Positions 19,223-29,282 of a stretch of DNA of 64,000 nt are shown one piece after another (the first letter of the stretch is position 1; each line of letters opens with the position of its first letter). A model generated the notes under the pieces. The model was not told where the DNA came from. It made no database searches and saw only the letters and a list, made by a program, of their open reading frames with translations. The stretch comes from Candidatus Woesearchaeota archaeon. Its GTDB lineage: Archaea; Nanobdellota; Nanobdellia; Woesearchaeales; GW2011-AR9. The translations under genes were made by a program, and so were the position numbers. Where the stretch lies: NCBI GenBank assembly GCA_018696595.1, contig JABHQW010000002.1:1-64000 (forward strand), written 5' to 3'.

Positions 19223-19246
19223 AAGTAAGTAAAAAAGTAAGTAAAA
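19223..19246. promoter_or_regulatory. Tandem 12-bp direct repeat AAGTAAGTAAAA between divergent genes; candidate operator
   Basis: Exact copies at 19223..19234 and 19235..19246, with a partial AGAAGTAAAAAAG at 19261. Confidence 0.35.
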
Positions 19247-19324
19247 ACCATATTAGAAAAAGAAGTAAAAAAGCTAGCAAAATAGTAAGATTTATAAATG
19301 GGAAAAAAATAAGTAACTATTAAG

Positions 19325-19486
19325 TTGGAATTTAAACGTAAATTGTACACTAGAGGAAGTTCATTTGAAACAACTATTCCAAAGCCTATTCTCTTCAAAT
19401 TAAACTTAGAAAAAAAGAATAAGGTGGTTTTCAAGTATGACACAAAAAAAGATCGGTGGTACTTAGATTTTGAAGAGGATAAATAA
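19325..19486 (+). CDS. Small AbrB/MazE/SpoVT-type DNA-binding protein (53 aa, TTG start; absent from the ORF track)
   Basis: Translates as MEFKRKLYTRGSSFETTIPKPILFKLNLEKKNKVVFKYDTKKDRWYLDFEEDK. The GSS-x-x-xTIPK pattern is swapped-hairpin-like. TTTATAAA lies at 19291..19298. Confidence 0.75.
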   Translation: MEFKRKLYTRGSSFETTIPKPILFKLNLEKKNKVVFKYDTKKDRWYLDFEEDK

Positions 19487-19505
19487 TACAAATATTTAAA
19501 TATAA

Positions 19506-22500
19506 ATGAAAAATAACAAAATTAAAATTAAAAGAGGGGTACTGAGTTTGAAAAAAAGAGGGTCACTGACCTTATTAGGAGTTATTGTAGTGTTGGTTCT
19601 AGGTATTTCTGCATCTTTATTTTTCGCTAACAATTCTGATAATCAATTAACTGGTGCTTTGATTGGTGTTCAAACTATAAAAGGAGAATGTAATATCTCC
19701 ATTACTGAAGACGTAATTAACATTGGTCATGATTATGAATGTACTAATACAGACGGTTTTCATATTGATGCTGACAATGTTACTTTTGATTGTCAGAACC
19801 ATTATATCAAATGTGTAGGTTCTGGATGTAATAACCATACTGGTCCAGTTACACGAGATTTTGCAGGAATTCTTTTAACTAATCGATCTGGTGTTACTAT
19901 CCAAAATTGTTATCTCTATAACTTTAGTGATGGGATTCGTTTAGAAACTAGATCTACTCGTAACATTCTGCAAAATAATTACTTTTACAATAACACTGAT
20001 GGGGTTGACATTTACAATAGTACTGCTAATAATCTTACTGGTAATAGAATTGAACAAATTGGCTATTGTGGTGTAAATATTTCTCACATGAATAACAATA
20101 TTGTGAATGGAACGACTTATAATCGAATCTGGAACAATAAAATTCATAATAATACTGTTCATCATAATATCTCTGATAATTGGCAAGGAAGTAAAGAGGC
20201 TTGTAATGATGCAGTTAGTTTTAACTTTTGGTATTTGGACAAGAATTGTGCTTCTGGTGTTCAGAATATTTTAGTTGCAGAAACCGGGGGCGGAGGAGAA
20301 TGCCTGGGTGGAAATTGGTGGTTGTCTTACTCTGGTGGTGATTCTACTGGTGATGGTTTAGGAGATACTAATGTGCCTTACAAGGGAACAGGGATTACAA
20401 TAACTGGTTCAGGCACTGCTGCGGGAGATAAACATCCATTAATTGATGTTTGTTCTTCTTTACCGATTGTCATCTCAGAGAATACAACTTGCGGTCCTAA
20501 ACAATTAAACAGTTCTACTGGTGAAGGGGTTGCAATAACAAAAGAGAACAAATACTATAATTGTAATGGCACTATATTAAATGGTAATGCTTCTAGCCAA
20601 ACCCCCGCATATCAAGATGATATGAGAGGAATAGAAATCGTTGGAGTTGATGATGTTATCGTAAGAAATTGTGAAATCTATAACTTTACTTATGGGGTTT
20701 ACATTCAAAATGCTCAGAACGTTACTTTAATTAATTTAACGATCAGAGATAATAACAACGTCGGAATTTATATTGGGTCTTTAGCAACGGGAGTAACCGT
20801 TAGGGATAGTAAGATTCAAAATACTAAAGACACTTATTTACAAGAGTATGGTATTTGGTTGAAAAGTGCTAAACCTGGGTCTATAAATAATCCTGGAAAT
20901 AACATTTCAAACAATGTCATCTCTAATCACAGCGTTGGAATTCATTTGAGTGATAATTCTGATTACAATACTATTGAACACAATACTATTTACAATAACA
21001 CCAACGGCATTTTAATAAATGATTCTCTTGCTGTCTCTATTTACAATAATACTATTTTTAATAATAGTGATTCTGGGGTTAAGTTTATTTCTTCTTCAAC
21101 ATTCCAATATTTTGGTAATGAAACTCTGAAGAACGATATTTATGGGAATAATTATGGGATTCATTCAAATGGGACCACCTCTGAAAGTTATTTAACCGGG
21201 ACTATACATAATAATAATTACGGAATTTACTTGTATAACTCTAACTTGAACATTCGGTACGCTTTGTTACGAAACAATACTAATGCTAGTATTTTGATTA
21301 ACAATTCAAATGATGTTGAAATCGATGCTACAAATATTTCAGGAAGTCAGAGTAGTAGTCCACAAGGAGGCTATGGTCTTAGGGTTTTTAATTCTTTAAG
21401 ATTAAAAGTTTCTATAAGTGATCAAGTTGTGGGAGATAGTTATCTTAGAAATAATACTTATGGGGTTTATTTGAAAAACGTAAGTTATGCCCTCTTAGGA
21501 TCTACTTTTAACTCTTTAATATTTTTTAATAATACTAACAACATAGTGTCTTACAACTCCTCTTATAATAATTATTCCAACTTGAAGATCTACAATGGTT
21601 CTATTGGGATTAATTTAACTAAATCTAATTATAGTAGAATTACGGATAGCAATATATCACATTTTTCAGGTTACAATTTGTTCTTTAATAACTCGTATAG
21701 TAATGTTATTTATAACAACATTATTGATAATTCTACTGGTGGCGTAGATGCTTTTGTTAACACTATTAATAACACCTGGAACTTAACATATGATTGTAGC
21801 GGTTCTAATAGAATTGGTGGAAAATGTAAAGGTGGAAATTATTGGAGTGAGTATTCAGGTGTAGATTTAGATAATGATGGGATTGGCAACAATTTGGTGC
21901 CTTACAATAGTTCTGGAAGAATTAATGGGTCTGGTGATTACTTACCTTTAACAAACAACTTGGCAGGGTGTGGGAATATTTCTCGTTCAGTAACTTTAGT
22001 GCAAAACATTTCTATTAATGGTAGTTGTTTCATAATTCAAGCAAGTAATATTTATATTAATTTTAATGGCTACTTTCTAATTGGAAATGGTTCTGGGATT
22101 GCAATTAACATTTCTGATAAGTCCGGGGTAAAAATTTTAAATGCTAATATTGATAACTTTGCAACTGCAATTTATGCTGACCCCTCAGATTATTTGAACT
22201 TTACAAATAATACTATCATTAATAGTAATCTTGGAATTTTACTATTAAAAGTAAATCATAGCCATGTTTTTGAAAATAAGATTAATGGTTCTACTGTGGG
22301 AATTAACTTAACTAACTCTCATAATAATACAGTCTCTAGGAATAATCTTACGTTGAATACTCTCGGTTTAGATTTAACTTCAGGAGCAGCTTCAAATAAA
22401 ATTTATGATAACTTTTTTAATAATACTGCTAATGCTCAAGATGACGGGAGTACAAATACTTGGAATTTAACTTATAACTGTACTGCTGGTAATGGTGCCA

Positions 22501-25500
22501 ATAATGGAAGTATTATCAATAGAAACTGTTCTGGAGGTAATTTCTGGAGTGATTATTTAGGTAAAGATTCTGGCGGTGGATCTTATCCTTATAATGTTTC
22601 TGATAATGGAATTGGTGATACTAATATCCCTTATATAACGGGGATTACTGGCGGGGATTACTTGCCGTTAACTTCAGATAATGGCACATTAAACCTAAGT
22701 TGTCAAAGTATTACTGCTTCAACCACTCTTAGTGGTAATGTGGATTGTCTTACAGGTGATGGAATTACGATTGCCGCTAATGATGTTACTTTAGATTGTA
22801 ATGGGAAAAATATTTCTGGGGGCGGAACCGGAGCTGGTATCTCTGTAAGTGGGCGAAATAACATTATAATTAAAAATTGTAACATTACTAACTTTTACTA
22901 CGGGATTAAATTATTAAATACCAACAATGTTGACATTATCGAAGGTAATGATTTAAGATTAAATGATTTTTATGGGATTTATTTGTATCAAGCTAATGGC
23001 ACTGAAATAAAAGATAATGATATTGTTAATGACAATAATGGGGTTTATCAAATTAGTTCTAGCGCTACGCGGATAATTAATAATACTATCAATTTGCAAA
23101 AAAAGTTTTATGGTGTTTATTCTTTTAATAGTGAGAGGGGTGTTATCGAGAATAATACTTTCTGGAACAATTATCACAGTATTTATTTAGTTAATTCTTC
23201 TTCCACTAATGTAACTGGGAACAATGTTACTTTGAGTGATGTGTATAGTTTGTTTGTACATAAAGGAACAACTGATTCATATTTCCAAAGCAATAATCTA
23301 ACTTTGGGACAAGAAGCGATAAGGATTAAAGAGAACAGTAATAATAATTATTTCATAAACAATCAAATCTTTGATCATTTGAATTATGGTGTATTTTCTA
23401 CAGGTTCTAACAATAACGACTTTACAAACAACACCTTTGTGAACAATAGCAGAAATATCTATTTAGTAAATTCAGTTAATAGTTTGATAAAGAACAACAC
23501 TATTGGGGATGGTATTATAGGTATACAAGCATTGAACAATTCAGATAATATTAATTTGACTGGTAATATTATTAATGCTACTAATTTGCCTAGTTTAGAA
23601 ATTAATAATAGTGCTAATATTGTGTTAGCAAATAACACCATAATCAATAACACTTACCTTTACAATGTTGATGGTGCAAGAATAGAACAAAATAATTCTA
23701 TCAATGATTTGTTAAATATTACTGCTTCAGACAATTTGACAATCGTTGATAATAGTTTACAAGTTCTATCAGTTCATAATACAAATGGTTCTACTATTGC
23801 TAGAAATATTATCACTTCTAAATTAGTTGCAGTAACTTTTTCTTCAGGAAACGTTTCTGCTAATGGCATTAAGAATACCAATGTTACAGCATTTGTATTA
23901 GAAACAGTTACAAATTCAACCATACATGATAATGATGTTCAAAATAATACTCAAGCAATCCTACTATTTGGTTCTTCAACTGGGAATGGTATATTTAATA
24001 ATTGGTTAAAGGATAATGATGTTGGTTTAAACTTTAGTGACTCAACCAGTAATACTGTTTACAATAATTATTTTGAGAATACAAATAATGTTGAAGATGA
24101 TAGTGACAATACCTGGTTTAATACTTATGCTTGTCAAGAACCTAACATTGTTGGCGGACCTTGTCAAGGAGGAAACTTTTATTCTGATTACTATGGATTA
24201 GACAATGGGCTGGGTGGTTTAGAAGAACAAGGCGATGGTATTGGTGACCAACCTTCTACTTATACCATTAGTGGAAGTACGACTGATAATTATCCATTGG
24301 TGCTTTATGTTGCTAGGCAATATTATGATATGAGTTCTGGTGCATTCCCTGATTATAGTGCTTTATTTGATGCGTATGGAAATGTTTCTGGGCTGTTAAC
24401 AAATGCAGAGGTTGTTCCTAATGCTGTTCAAACAATTAATTATAATGACACCACTACAAAAAAAGCGTACTTAGAATTAATTGGACAATTTAATCAGTCT
24501 GATGTCCATGCAGAAACTTTAAAATTAAATCATAATCCAAATAAAACAAGTGTAAATATTACTGGTGTTACTGGAATTGCAGCAACATACACCGCTTACC
24601 TTTATCACAATAACCAACTGGACTCTGGTGTTTATGTTTGTGAAGATGCTTATAATTTATCTTTGGATCAAACTTGTAGTAACGTTGTACAACTTAAATC
24701 TGGTGGAGTAACTGATAATTATAATTTAAGTCATAGTGGGGATCATTATTTAGTTAGTGGTTTATCAAACCAAAGTATAACTGTTGGAATTAATAAAGCA
24801 TTTAGTTGTGGGGGTAATATTACCCATGATATTATTTTTACTGTAGATGTTAATTGTACTGGGGATGCTTTTGTAATAAAGGCAAATAATGTTACCATTG
24901 ACCTAAATGGATATTCATTAATTGGAAGTGGTTCTGGTGTTGGGATTAATATTAGCAGTTACAATTATACTGTTATTAAGGACGGAGACATTATCAACTT
25001 TACTACTGCTATTTATGCTGATCCTGCAAAAGGAATTAACATTACTAACACAAATATTTCTAGTAACAATAGAGGGGTATATTTCTTCTTAATTAATGAT
25101 AGTTTTGTTGTTTCTAACTGGATTTATAATAATTCCGTTGGAATAACTCTGAATCGTTCATACGGGAATAAAGTTTATGACAACTTTTTCAACAATACAA
25201 TTAATGCTATAGATAACGGAAGTAATACTTGGAACATCTCTTTAACCAGCGGGACAAACATTCTTGGTGGTTCATATCTTGGTGGAAACTTTTGGCACAA
25301 TTATACTGGTTGGGATACTGATTTAAATGGGATTGGTGATACTTTGAATGAAAGTATTCGTAGTTCTGCTGGAACAATTAATGGTACTGATCAATTACCT
25401 TTAACTGCTGTCGGAAAAATTGCTTGTGGTAATGTTAATAAGAATATCACTCTGGGGATGAACGTGTCCGCTTCAGGAATATGTTTTAACTTTACAAATC

Positions 25501-26750
25501 AGGTGAGTTTAGTCTTTGACTGTGCTGGTTATTCAATCATTGGTTCTGCTAGTGGTATTGGGTTAAATCTTACTGACACGAATTTGTCAATAATTAGAAA
25601 TTGTACTATTAAAAATTTCAGCATTGGGATCTTTACAAATCGTTCACATAATAATACTTTATTTAGAAATACAATTATTAATAATAGTTTAGGAATAAAC
25701 TTGACTGGCTCAGGGAACAATACCATTTATAATAATCTTTTCAACAACACTAATAATGCTGATGATAATCTTTTGAATATTTGGAACATTTCCAAAACGA
25801 CAGGTAGCAATATTGCTGGTGGGTCCTATTTAGCAGGTAATTTTTGGAGTAACTATAATGGGAGTGATACGGACAGCGATAAAATAGGAAATACTGATTT
25901 ACCTTACAACAATTCTGGAAACATTACTGGTGGTGGAGATTATTTGCCTTTGACAGATTATACTAGTACGTCAAGTACCCCAGAGACTCCTGCAGATACA
26001 ACCACTTCTCCTGGCGGTGGAGGTGGCGGTGGAAGCTATACTAAGAAAACCACTACAGCAAAAGATAATTGTACGCAGAATTGGCAATGTGGTGACTGGA
26101 GCGAATGTATTGGCGGGGAACAGTTTAGAAATTGTAATGATGTCAATCTATGTGAAAGCAAAGAGGATGCTGGAACAATAAGTCAGTTGTTTAAGAAAAC
26201 TAAACCTTCGGAATCAAGAAGTTGTGAAATGTCAATTGTGCCAGAAGTACAAGAACCTTCCTTACCAGAAGAACCTAGTTTGATCTCAGAATTTATTCCT
26301 GATAGTACAACTGGAAAAGCAATTACTTTATCTTCACTTGCTTTATTGATGGCGGTTGGTGGGATCTTTGTTTACTGGCAGTTTGCTTATACCCCTACTC
26401 GATTAAGAAGAAGACTGAAAAAGTTACGTCCTTTATTAGGGGAAGAGACCGCAGATATTTTGAAGTCTGGTTACTTGGGGGTTTATAATTTATATCTTAA
26501 ACTATCTGAGAAGCATAAGCAGAACTTTTATAGTAAAGTCACTAAAGTTCGTGAAACAATTGAGGGGCAACTTAAAGCAGAGAAGAAGATTGAAGAATTG
26601 TTAGAAGATGCACATAAAGGTGGTATTAAAGAACAGAAAGAGCGCTATTTGGGAATTTATCATGAATATCGTAAATTGCCGGTGAAGGTAAAACACAAAT
26701 ACTATCAGCATGTTGTACATTTACGGGAACGGTTAGAAAGAGGGAATTGA
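19506..26750 (+). CDS. Giant surface glycoprotein with NosD/CASH right-handed beta-helix repeats, C-terminal TM and cytoplasmic tail (2414 aa)
   Basis: Parallel beta-helix repeats, six GGN(Y/F/W)W..Y.G.D...(D/N)GIG..PY...LPL-type modules, many N-x-S/T sequons, a poly-Gly linker, CTQNWQCGDWSEC and TM LLMAVGGIFVYW. Confidence 0.88.
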   Translation: MKNNKIKIKRGVLSLKKRGSLTLLGVIVVLVLGISASLFFANNSDNQLTGALIGVQTIKGECNISITEDVINIGHDYECTNTDGFHIDADNVTFDCQNHYIKCVGSGCNNHTGPVTRDFAGILLTNRSGVTIQNCYLYNFSDGIRLETRSTRNILQNNYFYNNTDGVDIYNSTANNLTGNRIEQIGYCGVNISHMNNNIVNGTTYNRIWNNKIHNNTVHHNISDNWQGSKEACNDAVSFNFWYLDKNCASGVQNILVAETGGGGECLGGNWWLSYSGGDSTGDGLGDTNVPYKGTGITITGSGTAAGDKHPLIDVCSSLPIVISENTTCGPKQLNSSTGEGVAITKENKYYNCNGTILNGNASSQTPAYQDDMRGIEIVGVDDVIVRNCEIYNFTYGVYIQNAQNVTLINLTIRDNNNVGIYIGSLATGVTVRDSKIQNTKDTYLQEYGIWLKSAKPGSINNPGNNISNNVISNHSVGIHLSDNSDYNTIEHNTIYNNTNGILINDSLAVSIYNNTIFNNSDSGVKFISSSTFQYFGNETLKNDIYGNNYGIHSNGTTSESYLTGTIHNNNYGIYLYNSNLNIRYALLRNNTNASILINNSNDVEIDATNISGSQSSSPQGGYGLRVFNSLRLKVSISDQVVGDSYLRNNTYGVYLKNVSYALLGSTFNSLIFFNNTNNIVSYNSSYNNYSNLKIYNGSIGINLTKSNYSRITDSNISHFSGYNLFFNNSYSNVIYNNIIDNSTGGVDAFVNTINNTWNLTYDCSGSNRIGGKCKGGNYWSEYSGVDLDNDGIGNNLVPYNSSGRINGSGDYLPLTNNLAGCGNISRSVTLVQNISINGSCFIIQASNIYINFNGYFLIGNGSGIAINISDKSGVKILNANIDNFATAIYADPSDYLNFTNNTIINSNLGILLLKVNHSHVFENKINGSTVGINLTNSHNNTVSRNNLTLNTLGLDLTSGAASNKIYDNFFNNTANAQDDGSTNTWNLTYNCTAGNGANNGSIINRNCSGGNFWSDYLGKDSGGGSYPYNVSDNGIGDTNIPYITGITGGDYLPLTSDNGTLNLSCQSITASTTLSGNVDCLTGDGITIAANDVTLDCNGKNISGGGTGAGISVSGRNNIIIKNCNITNFYYGIKLLNTNNVDIIEGNDLRLNDFYGIYLYQANGTEIKDNDIVNDNNGVYQISSSATRIINNTINLQKKFYGVYSFNSERGVIENNTFWNNYHSIYLVNSSSTNVTGNNVTLSDVYSLFVHKGTTDSYFQSNNLTLGQEAIRIKENSNNNYFINNQIFDHLNYGVFSTGSNNNDFTNNTFVNNSRNIYLVNSVNSLIKNNTIGDGIIGIQALNNSDNINLTGNIINATNLPSLEINNSANIVLANNTIINNTYLYNVDGARIEQNNSINDLLNITASDNLTIVDNSLQVLSVHNTNGSTIARNIITSKLVAVTFSSGNVSANGIKNTNVTAFVLETVTNSTIHDNDVQNNTQAILLFGSSTGNGIFNNWLKDNDVGLNFSDSTSNTVYNNYFENTNNVEDDSDNTWFNTYACQEPNIVGGPCQGGNFYSDYYGLDNGLGGLEEQGDGIGDQPSTYTISGSTTDNYPLVLYVARQYYDMSSGAFPDYSALFDAYGNVSGLLTNAEVVPNAVQTINYNDTTTKKAYLELIGQFNQSDVHAETLKLNHNPNKTSVNITGVTGIAATYTAYLYHNNQLDSGVYVCEDAYNLSLDQTCSNVVQLKSGGVTDNYNLSHSGDHYLVSGLSNQSITVGINKAFSCGGNITHDIIFTVDVNCTGDAFVIKANNVTIDLNGYSLIGSGSGVGINISSYNYTVIKDGDIINFTTAIYADPAKGINITNTNISSNNRGVYFFLINDSFVVSNWIYNNSVGITLNRSYGNKVYDNFFNNTINAIDNGSNTWNISLTSGTNILGGSYLGGNFWHNYTGWDTDLNGIGDTLNESIRSSAGTINGTDQLPLTAVGKIACGNVNKNITLGMNVSASGICFNFTNQVSLVFDCAGYSIIGSASGIGLNLTDTNLSIIRNCTIKNFSIGIFTNRSHNNTLFRNTIINNSLGINLTGSGNNTIYNNLFNNTNNADDNLLNIWNISKTTGSNIAGGSYLAGNFWSNYNGSDTDSDKIGNTDLPYNNSGNITGGGDYLPLTDYTSTSSTPETPADTTTSPGGGGGGGSYTKKTTTAKDNCTQNWQCGDWSECIGGEQFRNCNDVNLCESKEDAGTISQLFKKTKPSESRSCEMSIVPEVQEPSLPEEPSLISEFIPDSTTGKAITLSSLALLMAVGGIFVYWQFAYTPTRLRRRLKKLRPLLGEETADILKSGYLGVYNLYLKLSEKHKQNFYSKVTKVRETIEGQLKAEKKIEELLEDAHKGGIKEQKERYLGIYHEYRKLPVKVKHKYYQHVVHLRERLERGN

Positions 26751-26822
26751 GTTCTGAGAACAGAAAACTATATAAAATAGTTCAAATGGATGTGTTCTAT
26801 TAAATATAGGAGAGTGGTTATA

Positions 26823-27224
26823 ATGGAAATAAAAGATTTGAAAGCAAATAGTGGAAATGTTGATTTAGTTTTTGAGATTGTTGAGAAAGAAGAACCTCGG
26901 ACTTTTGAGAAGTTTGGTAAAACTGGAAGTGTATGTAGTGCTAAAGTAAAAGATGAAACAGGTTCAGTTAAATTAACACTTTGGAACGAAGACATTGAGA
27001 AAGTTAAAGCAGGAGATAAAGTTCATTTACAAAATGGATGGTGCTCAGAGTTTAAAGATGAATTACAAATTTCTTCTGGAAAGTTTGGCAAATTAGACGT
27101 TGTTGAAGCAATGGAAAATAACACCGTTCTTACTAACGATCCAAAAATGTTAAATCCTGAAACTCCAATGGAAGATTCTGAATCTGAAGATGGTGTGATT
27201 GATGAAGAAGAAGTTGTTGAATAA
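26823..27224 (+). CDS. Single-OB-fold single-stranded DNA-binding protein with acidic tail
   Basis: VKDETGSVKLTLWNEDIEKV, GWCSEFKDELQISSGKFG and a Glu-rich C-terminus. Start moved from 26790. Confidence 0.88.
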   Translation: MEIKDLKANSGNVDLVFEIVEKEEPRTFEKFGKTGSVCSAKVKDETGSVKLTLWNEDIEKVKAGDKVHLQNGWCSEFKDELQISSGKFGKLDVVEAMENNTVLTNDPKMLNPETPMEDSESEDGVIDEEEVVE

Positions 27225-27229
27225 GAATA

Positions 27230-27565
27230 ATGAAATTAATGCCTAGCTTAAGACAGAAAAAGAGGTACGTTGTTTTTGAAATAGTTGCAGACAAAGAATT
27301 TTCTGTTTTAGAAGTTGAGTTAGAAGTTGTTCGAATTCTTAAGGATTTTTTTGGTCAACTTGGGTTAAGCAAAGCTTCTCCTTTATTTTTGAAAGAGAAA
27401 TTCAGTTCTGGGAAGCAACGATTTGTTGTTAAAGTAAACAATAAACATGTTGATGAATTGAAGGCGGCTTTAACTTTAAGCAAAAGTATTAAAAGTACTC
27501 CTGTAATTATTAAATCTATAATTACATCTGGCACTCTTAAGAAGGCCAGTTTACAATTAAATTAA
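27230..27565 (+). CDS. rnp2: RNase P protein subunit Pop5/Rpp14
   Basis: LMPSLRQKKRYVVFEI and SGTLKKA motifs, in the canonical position before psmA. Confidence 0.9.
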   Translation: MKLMPSLRQKKRYVVFEIVADKEFSVLEVELEVVRILKDFFGQLGLSKASPLFLKEKFSSGKQRFVVKVNNKHVDELKAALTLSKSIKSTPVIIKSIITSGTLKKASLQLN

Positions 27566-27610
27566 AAAGTTCAAGTACCTAAGATTGGGAAACAATTTAT
27601 GGGACTAAGT

Positions 27611-27663
27611 GAGCTGTGAAGCGAACGCATGTCGCACTTCGCTCCCAGTTGGCGAAAGAACTG
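27611..27663 (+). other. Two adjacent hairpins in the psmA leader
   Basis: GAGC/GCTC, GAAG/CTTC and CGA/TCG nested pairs, then CAGTT/AACTG, directly before the RBS GAGGTGG. Confidence 0.4.
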
Positions 27664-27678
27664 TATGAGGTGGATAAA

Positions 27679-28398
27679 ATGAATAAACAAATGGTAGACA
27701 AAATGGGTTACGACCGTTCTATTACTATGTTTTCTCCTGATGGAAGATTATTACAGGTAGAATATGCTAAGAAAACTGTTAAACAAGGTTCAACTGCAAT
27801 TGGTCTTGCTTGTAAAGATGGTGTTGTGATTGTTGCTGATAAAAGAGTTACATCTAAATTATTAGTTGCAGAAGCGATTGAGAAAATGTTTAAAGTTGAT
27901 GATCATATTGTTGCAACGGCAGCAGGAATAATTTCTGATGCTCGTGTACTTGTAGACCGAGTTCAATTAAAATCACAACAACATGCAGTAACTTACGATT
28001 CTAAAATTGATATTCTTTCAATCGTTAAAGATATTTGTGATTTAAAACAAGTTTGTACACAGTCTGCTGGTTTGCGTCCTTTTGGTGTTTCTATGTTAGT
28101 TGGTGGGGTTGAAGAAGATGGCATGATTAAGTTGTTTTTAACAGAACCTTATGGTCTTTATTTTCAGTATCAGGCAGCAGTTATTGGAGAAGGAGATTCG
28201 TCAATTGAACCAGAACTACAAAAGAAGTTTAAACCTACTATGTCTGTAGATGAAGGTGTTAAGTTTGGTCTTGGTTTGTTAAAAGGCTTTTTGAAATCTG
28301 AATTTAGTTTTGAAAGAGTTGATACTGTTGTTATTCGTGTAGGGGATAAAAGGTACACTAAGTTGACTAACGATAAGATGAAAGCTTTGATGAAGTAA
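27679..28398 (+). CDS. psmA: Proteasome alpha subunit
   Basis: GYDRSITMFSPDGRLLQVEYA and LRPFGVSML. Start moved from 27616 to ATG 27679 after the RBS. Confidence 0.97.
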   Translation: MNKQMVDKMGYDRSITMFSPDGRLLQVEYAKKTVKQGSTAIGLACKDGVVIVADKRVTSKLLVAEAIEKMFKVDDHIVATAAGIISDARVLVDRVQLKSQQHAVTYDSKIDILSIVKDICDLKQVCTQSAGLRPFGVSMLVGGVEEDGMIKLFLTEPYGLYFQYQAAVIGEGDSSIEPELQKKFKPTMSVDEGVKFGLGLLKGFLKSEFSFERVDTVVIRVGDKRYTKLTNDKMKALMK

Positions 28399-28472
28399 AT
28401 CTTTATTTTATTATTCTTTTTTCTTTATCTTTTTCCAAAAATTAAATAAACTACTCCCTGTTTCTTACATTT

Positions 28473-29165
28473 ATGGCAGAAAAACTAAACTTAGCGAGAA
28501 TTAAAAAATTTGGAGAAAACTTTGAAATTTCAGTAAATCCAGACTTAGCATTAAAGTTCAAAAACGGAGACATCAGAGATGTTAGAGAATGTTTACAGTC
28601 TGAACAAGTTTATTCTGATGCTAATAAAGCGTTAGTAATTCCTTCTGCAAAATTATTAGAAGTTTTTAAAACAGACGATCCGTTGAAGGTTGCCGAGATT
28701 ATTATTAAAGAAGGAGAAATTCAATTAACTTCTGATCACCGAGCAAAAGAAAGAGATCAAAATCTTAGAAAACTAATTGATATGGTTCACAAACAAGCAA
28801 TTGATCCGCAATCTGGATTGCCACATCCTGCTACTAGAATTGAAGCTGCTTTGGAAGAGGGAAAGATCCGATTAGATAATAATAAGTCTGTAGAAGATCA
28901 ATTTGACGATATTATCACTAAGTTAAGGCCAATTATTCCATTAAAAATTGAACAGAGAACTTTACAAGTAACAATTCCTTCTAATTATGTAGGTAAGACT
29001 AATAGTATTATTAGAAACGGCAGTAAGATTCTTGGAGAAGATTGGCGTACTGATGGTAGTTGGAGTGTAAAGGTTGAGATTCCAGCTGGATTTCAAGAAG
29101 AGTTTATTGATAAATTGAATTCTATTACTTCTGGACAAGTTGTGGTTGATGTTTTGGAGAACTAG
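28473..29165 (+). CDS. sdo1: Ribosome maturation factor SBDS/Sdo1
   Basis: GENFEISVNPD, AIDPQSGLPHPATRIEAAL and a C-terminal ferredoxin-like domain, in operon context. Confidence 0.93.
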   Translation: MAEKLNLARIKKFGENFEISVNPDLALKFKNGDIRDVRECLQSEQVYSDANKALVIPSAKLLEVFKTDDPLKVAEIIIKEGEIQLTSDHRAKERDQNLRKLIDMVHKQAIDPQSGLPHPATRIEAALEEGKIRLDNNKSVEDQFDDIITKLRPIIPLKIEQRTLQVTIPSNYVGKTNSIIRNGSKILGEDWRTDGSWSVKVEIPAGFQEEFIDKLNSITSGQVVVDVLEN

Positions 29166-29282
29166 TTTCCTCCCAAAACTTTATAAAAACCAGCCATATT
29201 TTATATAAAAGTGAGAGAAAAAATAAAAGGAGATATTCGTTCGAATTCTCACAATATCGAATAACGAATATAAATATAAAAA

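Noticed and set aside
19298-19312. ATG GGA AAA AAA TAA in frame with the AbrB-like ORF (readthrough or uORF)
   Set aside because: The ATG overlaps the TATA box and would lie upstream of the expected transcription start. The TTG start suffices.
19201-19491. Minus-strand 96-aa ORF in the track
   Set aside because: Phe/Ser-rich shadow of an A-rich intergenic region. The plus-strand 53-aa AbrB-like ORF explains the sequence better.
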